Assembly (NCBI GenBank): GCA_025463985.1
Contig: JAODBM010000192.1
Location: forward strand, 2,201 to 66,200
Length of the DNA: 64,000 nucleotides
Source: Acidimicrobiales bacterium
Lineage (GTDB): Bacteria; Actinomycetota; Acidimicrobiia; Acidimicrobiales; Iamiaceae
Reading direction: 5' to 3'
Shown: one piece after another, positions 1-8,333 of the stretch
Numbering within the stretch: position 1 is the first letter of the stretch
Layout of the letters: each line of letters starts with the position of its first letter
Program-made: the position numbers and the translations under genes
The notes under the pieces: generated by a model
The model's database searches: none
What the model was told of the DNA's origin: nothing
What the model saw: only the letters and a program-made list of their open reading frames with translations

Positions 1-2
1 CC

Positions 3-428
3 TACGCGGCGGCCAAGGCCGCGATCGCCAGCCTCACGACGGTCACCGCCCTCGAGATGGCCCGCTACGGCGTGACCGTCAACGCCATCTCGCCGGTCGC
101 CCTGACCCGCATGACCTCGACGATCCCCGCGATGGCCGACGCCAAGCTCGCCGACGGCGCGTTCGACCCGATGGACCCGGCCAACTCCTCGCCGGTCGTC
201 GCCTTCCTCGCCTCGGACGCCGCCGCGTGGCTGTCCGGCCAGGTGCTGCGGATCGAGGGCAACGTGCTGCGACGCATGCACGGCTGGCGGATCTCGGACC
301 GGGTCTACCAGGCGAAGGCGGGCGGCCGGCTCGAGGCCGAAGAGGTGCTGGCCGGGACCCAGTCCATCTGGGAGACGATCCCCGGGGGCCTCAACACGTC
401 GGCCGGCGTCAGCCTGAGCGTGTCATGA
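3..428 (+). CDS. Short-chain dehydrogenase/reductase (SDR), C-terminal part; 5' end lies outside the window
   Basis: The frame is open from base 3. It begins YAAAKAAIASLT (the SDR YxxxK catalytic motif) followed by NAISP. Stop TGA is at 426-428 and overlaps the next ATG (ATGA). Confidence 0.85.
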   Translation, partial: YAAAKAAIASLTTVTALEMARYGVTVNAISPVALTRMTSTIPAMADAKLADGAFDPMDPANSSPVVAFLASDAAAWLSGQVLRIEGNVLRRMHGWRISDRVYQAKAGGRLEAEEVLAGTQSIWETIPGGLNTSAGVSLSVS

Positions 429-1585
429 GCACGGCAGCCCCGAGCGCGGGCCGAACCGAGCTGGTCGAGCAGCTCGACGCGTGGATCACCGGCCACGCCG
501 ATCTCCTCGAGGCCCACCGCGAGCACGACCCCCGCTCCGTCGAACAGACCGCGGAGAACGAGCGCGAGCTGCAGCGACTCCTGTTCGAGGACGGTTGGAC
601 CCGCTGGGGCTGGCCCGAGGACTGCGGCGGCCTCGGTGGGGACGCCACCAACCGCGCTGTGCTCTACGACCGCATGGGCGCGCACGGCTACGTCCTGCCC
701 GAGCTGCTCGGCGTGGTCGAGACCCTCGGCCCGATGCTGATCGAGTTCGCCCGGCCGATCGCGCAGGCCCACCTGGCCGCGCTCCTGCGCGGCGACGAGA
801 TGTGGTGCCAGGGCTTCTCCGAGCCGAACGCCGGGAGCGACCTCGCCTCCTTGCGCTGCAAGGCCACGCAGGACGATGACGGCTTCGTGGTCAACGGCCA
901 GAAGATCTGGGTGTCCCTGGGCCACGTCGCGCAGTGGTGCGTGCTGCTCGCCCGTACCGGCTCGCAGGAGTCGGCCCACCGCGGCATCAGCATGTTCATG
1001 GTCGACATGTCGCTCCCGGGCATCGAGGTGCGACCGATCCGCTACGCCAACGGCCGCAACGAGCTGTCCGAGCTGTTCTTCAGCGACGTGCGGCTGCCGC
1101 CCGAGGCGTTGATCGGCGAGGCCGGCGCCGGCTGGAACGTCGCGATGTACCTGCTCCAGTGGGAGCGGGGGATGTACGCCTGGCAACGCCAAGCGTGGCT
1201 GCACAAGCGCCTCGACGACCTGGTCGTCGGGCTCGGCTCCGACGCGGGGGCGCAGGCGGACCGGCTCGGTGACGTCTACCTGGATCTCGCCTCGCTGCGG
1301 GCCACGTGCGCCCGCACGGTCGCCGCGCTCGCTCGCGGCGAGAGTCCCGGTCCCGAGATCTCCGTCGACAAGCTGCTGCTCGGCGCGGGCGAGCAGTCGG
1401 TGATCGATGCGGCAATCGAGCTGCTCGACGCCGACATGGCGCTGTCACCGGAGGCCGCGGGCTGGCGCTCCGACTACTTCTACGCCCGTGCCGCCACGAT
1501 CTACGGCGGCGCCGCCGAGATCCAGCGGGGCATCATCGCCCAGCGCGTGCTCGGCCTCCCTCGGGAGGTGCGCAGTGGACGCTGA
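425..1585 (+). CDS. Acyl-CoA dehydrogenase, alpha-type (FAD-binding) subunit
   Basis: The in-frame ATG at 425 inside ORF 227..1585 overlaps the upstream stop. Motifs are GFSEPNAGSDLASLR and the C-terminal IYGGAAEIQRGIIAQRVLGLP. Confidence 0.9.
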   Translation: MSTAAPSAGRTELVEQLDAWITGHADLLEAHREHDPRSVEQTAENERELQRLLFEDGWTRWGWPEDCGGLGGDATNRAVLYDRMGAHGYVLPELLGVVETLGPMLIEFARPIAQAHLAALLRGDEMWCQGFSEPNAGSDLASLRCKATQDDDGFVVNGQKIWVSLGHVAQWCVLLARTGSQESAHRGISMFMVDMSLPGIEVRPIRYANGRNELSELFFSDVRLPPEALIGEAGAGWNVAMYLLQWERGMYAWQRQAWLHKRLDDLVVGLGSDAGAQADRLGDVYLDLASLRATCARTVAALARGESPGPEISVDKLLLGAGEQSVIDAAIELLDADMALSPEAAGWRSDYFYARAATIYGGAAEIQRGIIAQRVLGLPREVRSGR

Positions 1586-2564
1586 GACTCGCGAGATGTA
1601 CCGCAAGACGCTCGGGGGCCTCATGCGGCGCGTCGGTGCCGAAGGCGCGGGCGAGAGCGATGTCGTGGCCGAGCTGCGCGAGCTCGGCTGGGACGAGCTG
1701 ACCGTCGAGGAGCCGACGGAGAGCGTCGCCTTGCTGTTCGAAGAGCAGGGTGCCGCGCTCGTGGCTTCGCGGGCGCTCGACATGGTGGTCGCGGCCGCGC
1801 TCGGCCTCGACGATCGCTCGGTCGGGATCGCGTATCCCGAGCCCGGGCCCACGAACGTGACGTCGGCCATCAACGACGATGGCCGACTCACGATCGCGGG
1901 CTTGCTGCTCGGCGCATCCGAGGCCGCGGAGATCGCGGTGCCGGCGCAGGCGGGCACCGGCGTCGTCGTCGCGATCGTCTCTCGCGGGGCCCTCTCGGTC
2001 GTCGAGATGGAGGGGTTCGACGACGCGGCCGGGTTCACCCGCGTCACCGGCGTGGTCGAAGCCCGTCACTACCGGTTGCTCGACGGTGCGGCCTGGGCCG
2101 TGGCGGTCGCCGCTGGACGGCGGGCCCTCGCGCACGAGCTGGTCGGCCTGGCCTCGCACATGATCGACCGGGCCGCCGGCTACGTCATCGAGCGCGAGCA
2201 GTTTGGTCGTCCGCTCGGCACGTTCCAGGCGGTGCAGCACCGCTTGGCGGACGCCTACACCGGCCTCGTGGCGGCCCGCTCGGTCCTGGCCGCGATTGAG
2301 CCGGACGACGTGCTCTTCGGCAGCCTGGTCGCAAAGGCCGTGGCCGGCCGCGCCGCGATCCGCGCCGCGCACTCGTGCACGCAGGTCACCGGCGCGATCG
2401 GCTGCACGTGGGAGTACGAGCTGCACCGTTACCTGCGGCGCACGCACGCCTTGGACGCCCTGCTCGGCTCGTGGCGGGCGCTGCGCAAGGCGATCGGCCA
2501 GCAGATGGCCGAGGACGGTCACGCCGCACGGTTGGGGTCGGCGCCCGAGGGGCCTGCGGCATGA
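1575..2564 (+). CDS. Acyl-CoA dehydrogenase-like protein, beta-type subunit (degenerate FAD motif)
   Basis: GTG at 1575 inside ORF 1407..2564 overlaps the upstream gene by 11 nt; ATG 1596 is an alternative start. It has the ACAD C-terminal signature REQFGRPLGTFQAVQHRLAD and GAIGCTWEYELHRYLRR. It lacks the SEPxxGSD motif and has YPEPGPTNV in that position. Confidence 0.8.
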   Translation: MDAETREMYRKTLGGLMRRVGAEGAGESDVVAELRELGWDELTVEEPTESVALLFEEQGAALVASRALDMVVAAALGLDDRSVGIAYPEPGPTNVTSAINDDGRLTIAGLLLGASEAAEIAVPAQAGTGVVVAIVSRGALSVVEMEGFDDAAGFTRVTGVVEARHYRLLDGAAWAVAVAAGRRALAHELVGLASHMIDRAAGYVIEREQFGRPLGTFQAVQHRLADAYTGLVAARSVLAAIEPDDVLFGSLVAKAVAGRAAIRAAHSCTQVTGAIGCTWEYELHRYLRRTHALDALLGSWRALRKAIGQQMAEDGHAARLGSAPEGPAA

Positions 2565-2609
2565 GCGCCGTCGCCGGGCTCACCATCACGTCACGCGCCG
2601 GAGGCCGCC

Positions 2610-3710
2610 GTGGACTTCGCGTGGCCTGACGAGATCGAGGCGCTGCGCTGCGAGGCGCTCGAGGTCGGCCGGGCGGCCGCCGCCTCCCTGTCCATCCGCG
2701 AGGAGTCGTGGGTGCGCGGCTTCGATCGCGACTTCTCGCGCCAGCTCGGCGAGCGGGGCTGGCTGGGGATGACCTGGCCGCGCGAGGTCGGTGGCCACGA
2801 GCGGACGGCACTCGAGCGCTTCGTCGTCACCGAGGCGCTGATCTCCACCGGCGCGCCGTTGGCGGCGACGTGGGTGGGCGACCGCCAGATCGGCCCGACG
2901 CTCCTGGCCAACGGGTCGCCCGAGCAGATCGCGCGGTACCTCCCGCCGATGGCCGCGGGCGAGGTCACCTGGTCGCTCGGGATGAGCGAGCCCGACGCGG
3001 GCTCGGACCTCGCGTCGCTGCGCACCCGCGCCGTCGAGCGTGACGGTGCCTGGGTGATCGAGGGCCAGAAGGTCTGGACGAGCTTCGCTGCGGTGGCCGA
3101 CCACTGCTACCTGGTGGCTCGCACCGACCCGGACGCGCCGCCCCACGCCGGCATGTCCGAGTTCATCGTCCACATGGACGCCCCGGGCATCACCGTCGCG
3201 CCGATCCGCGACATCACCGGCGAGTCGCACTTCTGTGAGGTCGTGTTCGACGGAGTCGTCCTCCCGCGCGACGCGCTGGTCGGCAAGGAGAACGGCAGCT
3301 GGCAGCAGCTGATGCGCCAGCTCGAGCACGAGCGCGGCGGCATCGACCGGCTCATGAGCAACCGCGCGCTCTACGAGGACGCCCGAGCGACGGCTGATCG
3401 CTCCAACCCGACGGCGGCCCAGGAGATCGCGGCCATCGAGACGATGTATCGCATCGTGCGCCTCGCCGTGATCCGCGAGGTCATCGGCCAGGCACCTCCC
3501 GGGTTCTCCGCCGTGACCAAGATCCTCGGCACCGAGCTGGAGCAGCGGATCGCCCAGTTCGTCGCGGCCACGGCGGGCCCGGCGGCGATGCTCGACGGAC
3601 GGGTGTCGCGCGCCGTCGTCTACGCGCCCGCCTACACGATCCAGGGCGGGACCAGCGCCATCTTGCGCAACGTCATCGGCGAGCGTTTGCTCGGGCTGCC
3701 GCGGCGCTGA
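2610..3710 (+). CDS. Acyl-CoA dehydrogenase
   Basis: GTG start. Motifs are GMSEPDAGSDLASLR, GQKVWTSFA and the C-terminal YTIQGGTSAILRNVIGERLLGLPR. Confidence 0.9.
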   Translation: MDFAWPDEIEALRCEALEVGRAAAASLSIREESWVRGFDRDFSRQLGERGWLGMTWPREVGGHERTALERFVVTEALISTGAPLAATWVGDRQIGPTLLANGSPEQIARYLPPMAAGEVTWSLGMSEPDAGSDLASLRTRAVERDGAWVIEGQKVWTSFAAVADHCYLVARTDPDAPPHAGMSEFIVHMDAPGITVAPIRDITGESHFCEVVFDGVVLPRDALVGKENGSWQQLMRQLEHERGGIDRLMSNRALYEDARATADRSNPTAAQEIAAIETMYRIVRLAVIREVIGQAPPGFSAVTKILGTELEQRIAQFVAATAGPAAMLDGRVSRAVVYAPAYTIQGGTSAILRNVIGERLLGLPRR

Positions 3711-3778
3711 TCCTGCGGTTCCGCTAAATGATTTAATGTATCAACCGGGCAAGGACGACGAGCGCCGCGGAGCTGGAC

Positions 3779-4963
3779 ATGGATGACCTGTTGACCTCTG
3801 AGCAAGAGCAGTTGCGCGCCGACGTGCGCGACTTCATCGACGGGTCGGTGATCCCGGCCGAGGACGCGCTCTACGGGGGCGGGCTCAACGGCCTCGCCAC
3901 GATGGAGAAGCTCAAGGCCGAGGCGAAGGAGCGCGGCCTGTGGGCGCTCGGCCACCCGAAGGAGATCGGCGGCGGGGGCCTGCCCTTCATGGCGATGACG
4001 CTCATGAACGCGGTGATCGGGCGGTCGTTCTTCGGCCAGTCCGCGATCGGCTCGTGGTCGATGCAGGACTCGATCATGCTCAACCTCTACGGCACCGACG
4101 AGCAGAAGGCGCGCTGGCTGGGCCCGCTCGTCGCCGGTGAGATCCGCTCCTCGATCGGCATGACCGAGCCCGAGGTCGCGGGGTCGGACCCGAAGCTGAT
4201 CCAGTCCACCGCGGTGCTCGACGGCGACGAGTGGGTGATCAACGCCCACAAGTGGTTCACCACGGGCGCGAACATCGCGGCCTTCACGACCGTCTTCGCC
4301 GTCACCGAGCCCGACGATGCGCCGCCGCACCGCCGCATCTCGTCCATCCTGGTCCCCACCGACAGCCCCGGCTACGAGGTCGTGCGCGTCATGGAGACGA
4401 TGGGGGAGACCGTCGGCGCCCACTGCGAGATCCGCCTCACCGACGTGCGGGTTCCCGCCGACCACCTGCTGGGCGGTCGCGGCGAGGGGTTCCTCATCAG
4501 CCAGAAGCGGCTCGGCCCCGGGCGCATCTTCCACTGCATGCGCTGGCTCGGGCAGGCGATCCGGGCGTTCGAGCTCATGTGCGAGTACTCCACCCGCCGG
4601 TTCGCCCACGGGTCGATGCTCTCGGAGAAGGGCGAGATCCAGCGCTACATCGCGGAGTCGGCGGCGGACATCCAAGCCCATCGCCTGCTGACCCTCGACG
4701 CGGCCCAGGCGTTCGACCGCGGCGAAGACACGCGGCTGCAGGTGAGCCTGGCCAAGTTCCGCGGCGCGCAGATCCTCAACGACGTGATCGACCGAGCGAT
4801 CCAAGTCCACGGCGCGCTCGGCATCACCGCGGACACGCCGCTCGAGCGGATGTACCGCGAGGCGCGGGGCGCGCGGATCTACGACGGGCCCGACGAGGTC
4901 CACCGGATGGTGGTGGCCCGCAAGCTCGCGAAGGACCCGGGCGCGGCACCCTGGGCCTCGTAG
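3779..4963 (+). CDS. Acyl-CoA dehydrogenase (ACAD10/11 / FadE2-like type)
   Basis: 394-aa ORF with motifs GMTEPEVAGSDP, NAHKWFTTGA and ARIYDGPDEVHRMVVARKL. An A/T-rich box lies in the 68-bp upstream gap. Confidence 0.9.
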   Translation: MDDLLTSEQEQLRADVRDFIDGSVIPAEDALYGGGLNGLATMEKLKAEAKERGLWALGHPKEIGGGGLPFMAMTLMNAVIGRSFFGQSAIGSWSMQDSIMLNLYGTDEQKARWLGPLVAGEIRSSIGMTEPEVAGSDPKLIQSTAVLDGDEWVINAHKWFTTGANIAAFTTVFAVTEPDDAPPHRRISSILVPTDSPGYEVVRVMETMGETVGAHCEIRLTDVRVPADHLLGGRGEGFLISQKRLGPGRIFHCMRWLGQAIRAFELMCEYSTRRFAHGSMLSEKGEIQRYIAESAADIQAHRLLTLDAAQAFDRGEDTRLQVSLAKFRGAQILNDVIDRAIQVHGALGITADTPLERMYREARGARIYDGPDEVHRMVVARKLAKDPGAAPWAS

Positions 4964-5000
4964 CCGGCCGCCGCGTGGGCGCCGAGCGGGTCGGGCGACG

Positions 5001-6158
5001 ATGACCGCGGACCCGTTGATCGCGATCGCCGACGGGCCCGACAACCCCGGCATCTCGCCGGCCGAGGTGTGCGAGATGCTCGGGCTGCGCGACCCGCAAA
5101 CCTTGATCGGCTGGACGGTCGAGGACACGCCGTGGCTCGCGGACCTCGAGCCGGGCCGCACCCGGTCGATCATGGGCGGCTACGGCTTGACCGCGGCGAT
5201 CGCGGACGGACGCGTGACCTACCTGCCGGTCCGCCTCGCGTCGGTGCCGCGCCTCCTGGCCGGTGCGCTGCGGCCGAACGTCGCGGTGGTCAGCGGGTGC
5301 TGGCGGGGTGACCGGCTGGTGTTCCGCGGCAGCGTCGGCTGGGCCGCCGCGGCCGCCGCGAACGCCGACGTCGTGGTCGTCGAGGTCGACGCCGAGGCCC
5401 CCGACATCGGTGCGCCCGAGATCCCGGGCCGCATCGGGCCCGTCGTCGACCGCCAACGGCAACCTCGGCCCGTGGTTCGCCGGGCGCCCACCCCTGCCGA
5501 CGAGCAGATCGGCGCGCACGTCCGCTCGCTGCTCCCCGAGGGCGCCACGCTGCAGCTGGGCATCGGCGGGATCGCCGACGCGGTCCTCGGCCAGCTCGAT
5601 CGACCGGTGACGATCTGGTCGGGGCTCGTGTCCGATGGCCTGGTCGATCTCGACGAGCGCGGGCTGCTCGAAGGCACGGCCACCACGACCTACGTCTGGG
5701 GCGGTTCCCGCCTGCTCGACCTCGCGGCAGCGGGCCGCCTGCGCGTCGTCCCGGTCGAGCAGAGCCACGACCTGGGGGCGCTGCGGTCGCTGCAGCGCTT
5801 CGTCACGGTCAACGCCGCGGTCGAGGTGGCGCTCGACGGGTCGGTCAACGTCGAGCGCAGCGGTGGCCGGGTGGTCGGCGGGATCGGCGGGCACGCCGAC
5901 TTCTGCGCCGCGGCTGCCCTCGGGCGGGACGCGCTGTCGGTGGTGGCGGTCCGGGCCGAGCATGCGGGCCGCTCGACGATCCAGCGCCGGGTCGAGGTGG
6001 TCTCGACCGGCCGCTCCGACGTCGACGTGGTGGTCACCGAGCACGGCATCGCCGACCTCCGCGGCCTCGGTGACACCGAGCGGGCCGAGCGCCTCATCGC
6101 GGTGGCCGCGCCGCACCATCGCGACGGGCTGCGCTCGACGCTCGACAGGATTGAGTGA
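5001..6158 (+). CDS. Acetyl-CoA hydrolase/transferase family protein (4-hydroxybutyrate CoA-transferase-like)
   Basis: 385-aa ORF with the family-typical GGIGGHADF motif and LQLGIGGIADAVL. It is somewhat shorter than typical family members. Confidence 0.7.
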   Translation: MTADPLIAIADGPDNPGISPAEVCEMLGLRDPQTLIGWTVEDTPWLADLEPGRTRSIMGGYGLTAAIADGRVTYLPVRLASVPRLLAGALRPNVAVVSGCWRGDRLVFRGSVGWAAAAAANADVVVVEVDAEAPDIGAPEIPGRIGPVVDRQRQPRPVVRRAPTPADEQIGAHVRSLLPEGATLQLGIGGIADAVLGQLDRPVTIWSGLVSDGLVDLDERGLLEGTATTTYVWGGSRLLDLAAAGRLRVVPVEQSHDLGALRSLQRFVTVNAAVEVALDGSVNVERSGGRVVGGIGGHADFCAAAALGRDALSVVAVRAEHAGRSTIQRRVEVVSTGRSDVDVVVTEHGIADLRGLGDTERAERLIAVAAPHHRDGLRSTLDRIE

Positions 6159-6184
6159 CAAACGCCTAATTGTTCAACTATATT
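6155..6184 (+). promoter_or_regulatory. Putative sigma-70-type promoter: -35 GTGACA, 18-nt spacer containing GCCTAAT, -10 TATATT
   Basis: GTGACA is at 6155-6160 and TATATT at 6179-6184 (fits TANNNT). It lies 22 nt upstream of ATG 6206, which is preceded by GAGGAG. Confidence 0.45.
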
Positions 6185-6205
6185 GCCGGTCGACGAGGAG
6201 TGTGG

Positions 6206-7282
6206 ATGGCTGGCGAACCGAGTGCAGATCCCACCGCGAGCGTCGACCTGGGACGGCTGCGAGCCTTCCTCGTCGAGCACGACCTCCTGGACGGCGAGCC
6301 GCTCGATGTCTCCTTGCTCAGCGGCGGCCGGTCGAACCTGACCTTCCTCGTCACCGCCGGCGTGCGCCGGCTGGTGCTGCGCCGGCCACCCCTCGGCGAC
6401 ACGGCGCCAGGTGCGCACGACATGAGCCGCGAGTACAAGGTCCTCCACGCGCTGAAAGGCACCGGGCTGCCCATCCCCGTCGTGCACGGCTTCTCCGACG
6501 ACGTGGCCATCGTGGGCGCACCCTTCTACGTGATGGACCACGTGGCGGGGCTCGTGGCCGAGCGCCGGGGGGACGTGGCCGGGCGGGACGCGGCCTGGGG
6601 TCGGGCGTGCTCGCTCGCCGCGGTCGCGGGGCTCGCGAGAGTCCACGCGGTGGACACCGATGCCGTCGGGCTCGGCGACTTCGGCCGGCCCGAGAACTTC
6701 CTCGCGCGGCGGCTCACCCGCTGGTCCGAGCAGTGGCACGCCAGCACCCACCGGGATCTCCCGCTGTTCGACGCGGTCGCCCGGCGGCTCGTCGACATCG
6801 TGCCGCGCGAGAGCGAGACGACGCTCGTGCATGGCGACTACCGGCTCGGCAACCTCATCATCGGCACGGGGGACAGCGACGGCGACGAGCCCACGCTGGC
6901 CGCCATCCTCGACTGGGAGATGTCGACCCGGGGCGATCCGCTGACCGACCTCGCGCACCTGCTCGTGTACTGGGCGCCGACGTGCGGCCGGGTCACCCAC
7001 GAGTCGCAGGAGATCGCCGAGCAGCCCGGCTTCCTGACCACCGGCGAGCTGGCCGACGCCTACCGCGACCTCAGCGGCCGCGACCTCGCCAACTTGAGCT
7101 TCTACCTGGCCTTCGAGCACTGGCGGGCGGCGGTCATCAAGGAGGGGATCCACCACCGGTCGCTCCGCGGCCACACCCATGGGGATGGCTTCGCCGGCAT
7201 CGGCGCTAGCGTGCCGCTCCACCTCGAAGAGGCGTGGGAGATCGTCGGCGGCCCGGCCCTCGTCGACCCCGTCGCCATATGA
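6206..7282 (+). CDS. APH-family phosphotransferase (kinase)
   Basis: In-frame ATG at 6206 with an upstream GAGGAG inside ORF 6170..7282. Motifs are LVHGDYRLGNLI (catalytic HGD..N) and ILDWEMSTRGDPLTDLA. Confidence 0.85.
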   Translation: MAGEPSADPTASVDLGRLRAFLVEHDLLDGEPLDVSLLSGGRSNLTFLVTAGVRRLVLRRPPLGDTAPGAHDMSREYKVLHALKGTGLPIPVVHGFSDDVAIVGAPFYVMDHVAGLVAERRGDVAGRDAAWGRACSLAAVAGLARVHAVDTDAVGLGDFGRPENFLARRLTRWSEQWHASTHRDLPLFDAVARRLVDIVPRESETTLVHGDYRLGNLIIGTGDSDGDEPTLAAILDWEMSTRGDPLTDLAHLLVYWAPTCGRVTHESQEIAEQPGFLTTGELADAYRDLSGRDLANLSFYLAFEHWRAAVIKEGIHHRSLRGHTHGDGFAGIGASVPLHLEEAWEIVGGPALVDPVAI

Positions 7283-7292
7283 CGGAGGCCTG

Positions 7293-8066
7293 ATGGCTCT
7301 GCTGACCGAGCGGCGTGGGGCAGTGCTCCACCTGACCCTCGACCGACCCGACGCCTACAACGCGATCGACCCCGAGCTCCGCGACGGGCTCATCAGCGCC
7401 CTGGATGCGGCCGAGGGCGACGGCGCCCGCTGCATCGTGATCCGCGGCAACGGCCGGGGCTTCAGCGCCGGTGCCGACATGAAGAGCTCGAACGCGGACC
7501 TGCGCGGCATCGACATCATGATCCTGATGCGGGGCTCGACGCAGCGGCTCGTGCGGGCCGTCCTCGGGTGCCCGGTCCCGATCGTCACCGCCGTCCACGG
7601 CGCCTGCGCGGGCGTGTCGCTCACGCTCGCCCTGGCCAGCGACTACTGCATCGCCACTGAAGACGCCCGCTTCATCGCCGCGTTCGTCCAGCGCGGTCTC
7701 GTGCCCGACGGCGCCGCCACCTACCTGCTCCCGCGGCTCGTCGGCATGGGCCGGGCCAAGCGCTTCCTCCTGCTGGGGGAGACTATGACCGCCGCCGAGG
7801 CGGAGGCAGCCGGCATCGTGGCCGAGGTCGTCGCGCCCGACCAGCTGGCGACCGCCGCCGACGCGGCGGCGGCGCGGTTCGCGGCGTTGCCCACGCGCAC
7901 CCTCGGCTACACCAAGCAGATGCTGGCCCGCAGCTTCGAGCTCGACCTCGACTCGACGCTCTTGGAGGAGCGCGCCGGTCAGGCCCTGGTGGGCACGACC
8001 GACGACTCGCGGGAAGGCATCGCGGCCTTCCGCGAAAAGCGCCCCCCCGTCTACCGAGGCACCTGA
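7293..8066 (+). CDS. Enoyl-CoA hydratase/isomerase (crotonase family)
   Basis: ATG 7293 is preceded by GGAGG inside ORF 7179..8066. Motif RGNGRGFSAGADM. C-terminus EGIAAFREKRPPVY. Confidence 0.9.
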   Translation: MALLTERRGAVLHLTLDRPDAYNAIDPELRDGLISALDAAEGDGARCIVIRGNGRGFSAGADMKSSNADLRGIDIMILMRGSTQRLVRAVLGCPVPIVTAVHGACAGVSLTLALASDYCIATEDARFIAAFVQRGLVPDGAATYLLPRLVGMGRAKRFLLLGETMTAAEAEAAGIVAEVVAPDQLATAADAAAARFAALPTRTLGYTKQMLARSFELDLDSTLLEERAGQALVGTTDDSREGIAAFREKRPPVYRGT

Positions 8067-8072
8067 CAGCCG

Positions 8073-8310
8073 CAACTGGGCGGGGATGCGGTCGCCCCGG
8101 CAACCGGGATGCCGCCCAGTTGCGGGGGTGCGGCCAACTGGGCGGGGATGCGGTCGCCCCGGCAACCGGGATGCCGCCCAGTTGCGGGGGGCGCGGCCAA
8201 CTGGGCGGGGATGCGGTCGCCCCGGCAACCGGGATGCCGCCCAGTTGCGGGGGGCGCGGCCAACTGGGCGGAGTCTCGGTCGCCCCGGCAACCGGGATGC
8301 CGCCCAGTTG
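8073..8310. repeat. Tandem array of four 62-63 bp units, each an imperfect ~50 bp palindrome (CAACTGGGCGG-N28-CCGCCCAGTTG)
   Basis: Units start at 8073, 8135, 8198 and 8261. Units 2 and 3 are identical, unit 1 differs in the linker, and unit 4 has 4 substitutions in the loop. The 11-bp arms are perfect in all four. The array fills the gap between two convergent genes. Confidence 0.95.
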
Positions 8311-8333
8311 CGGGTTGGTTGCGGGGGCGCGGG

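Noticed and set aside
8073-8310. The repeat array could be a small CRISPR locus.
   Set aside because: The whole 62-63 bp unit repeats nearly identically, and the segments between the palindromic arms are the same in units 1-3. There are therefore no unique spacers. No cas genes are present in the window, and the array is only four units long. It is a tandem palindromic (REP/MIRU-like) repeat.
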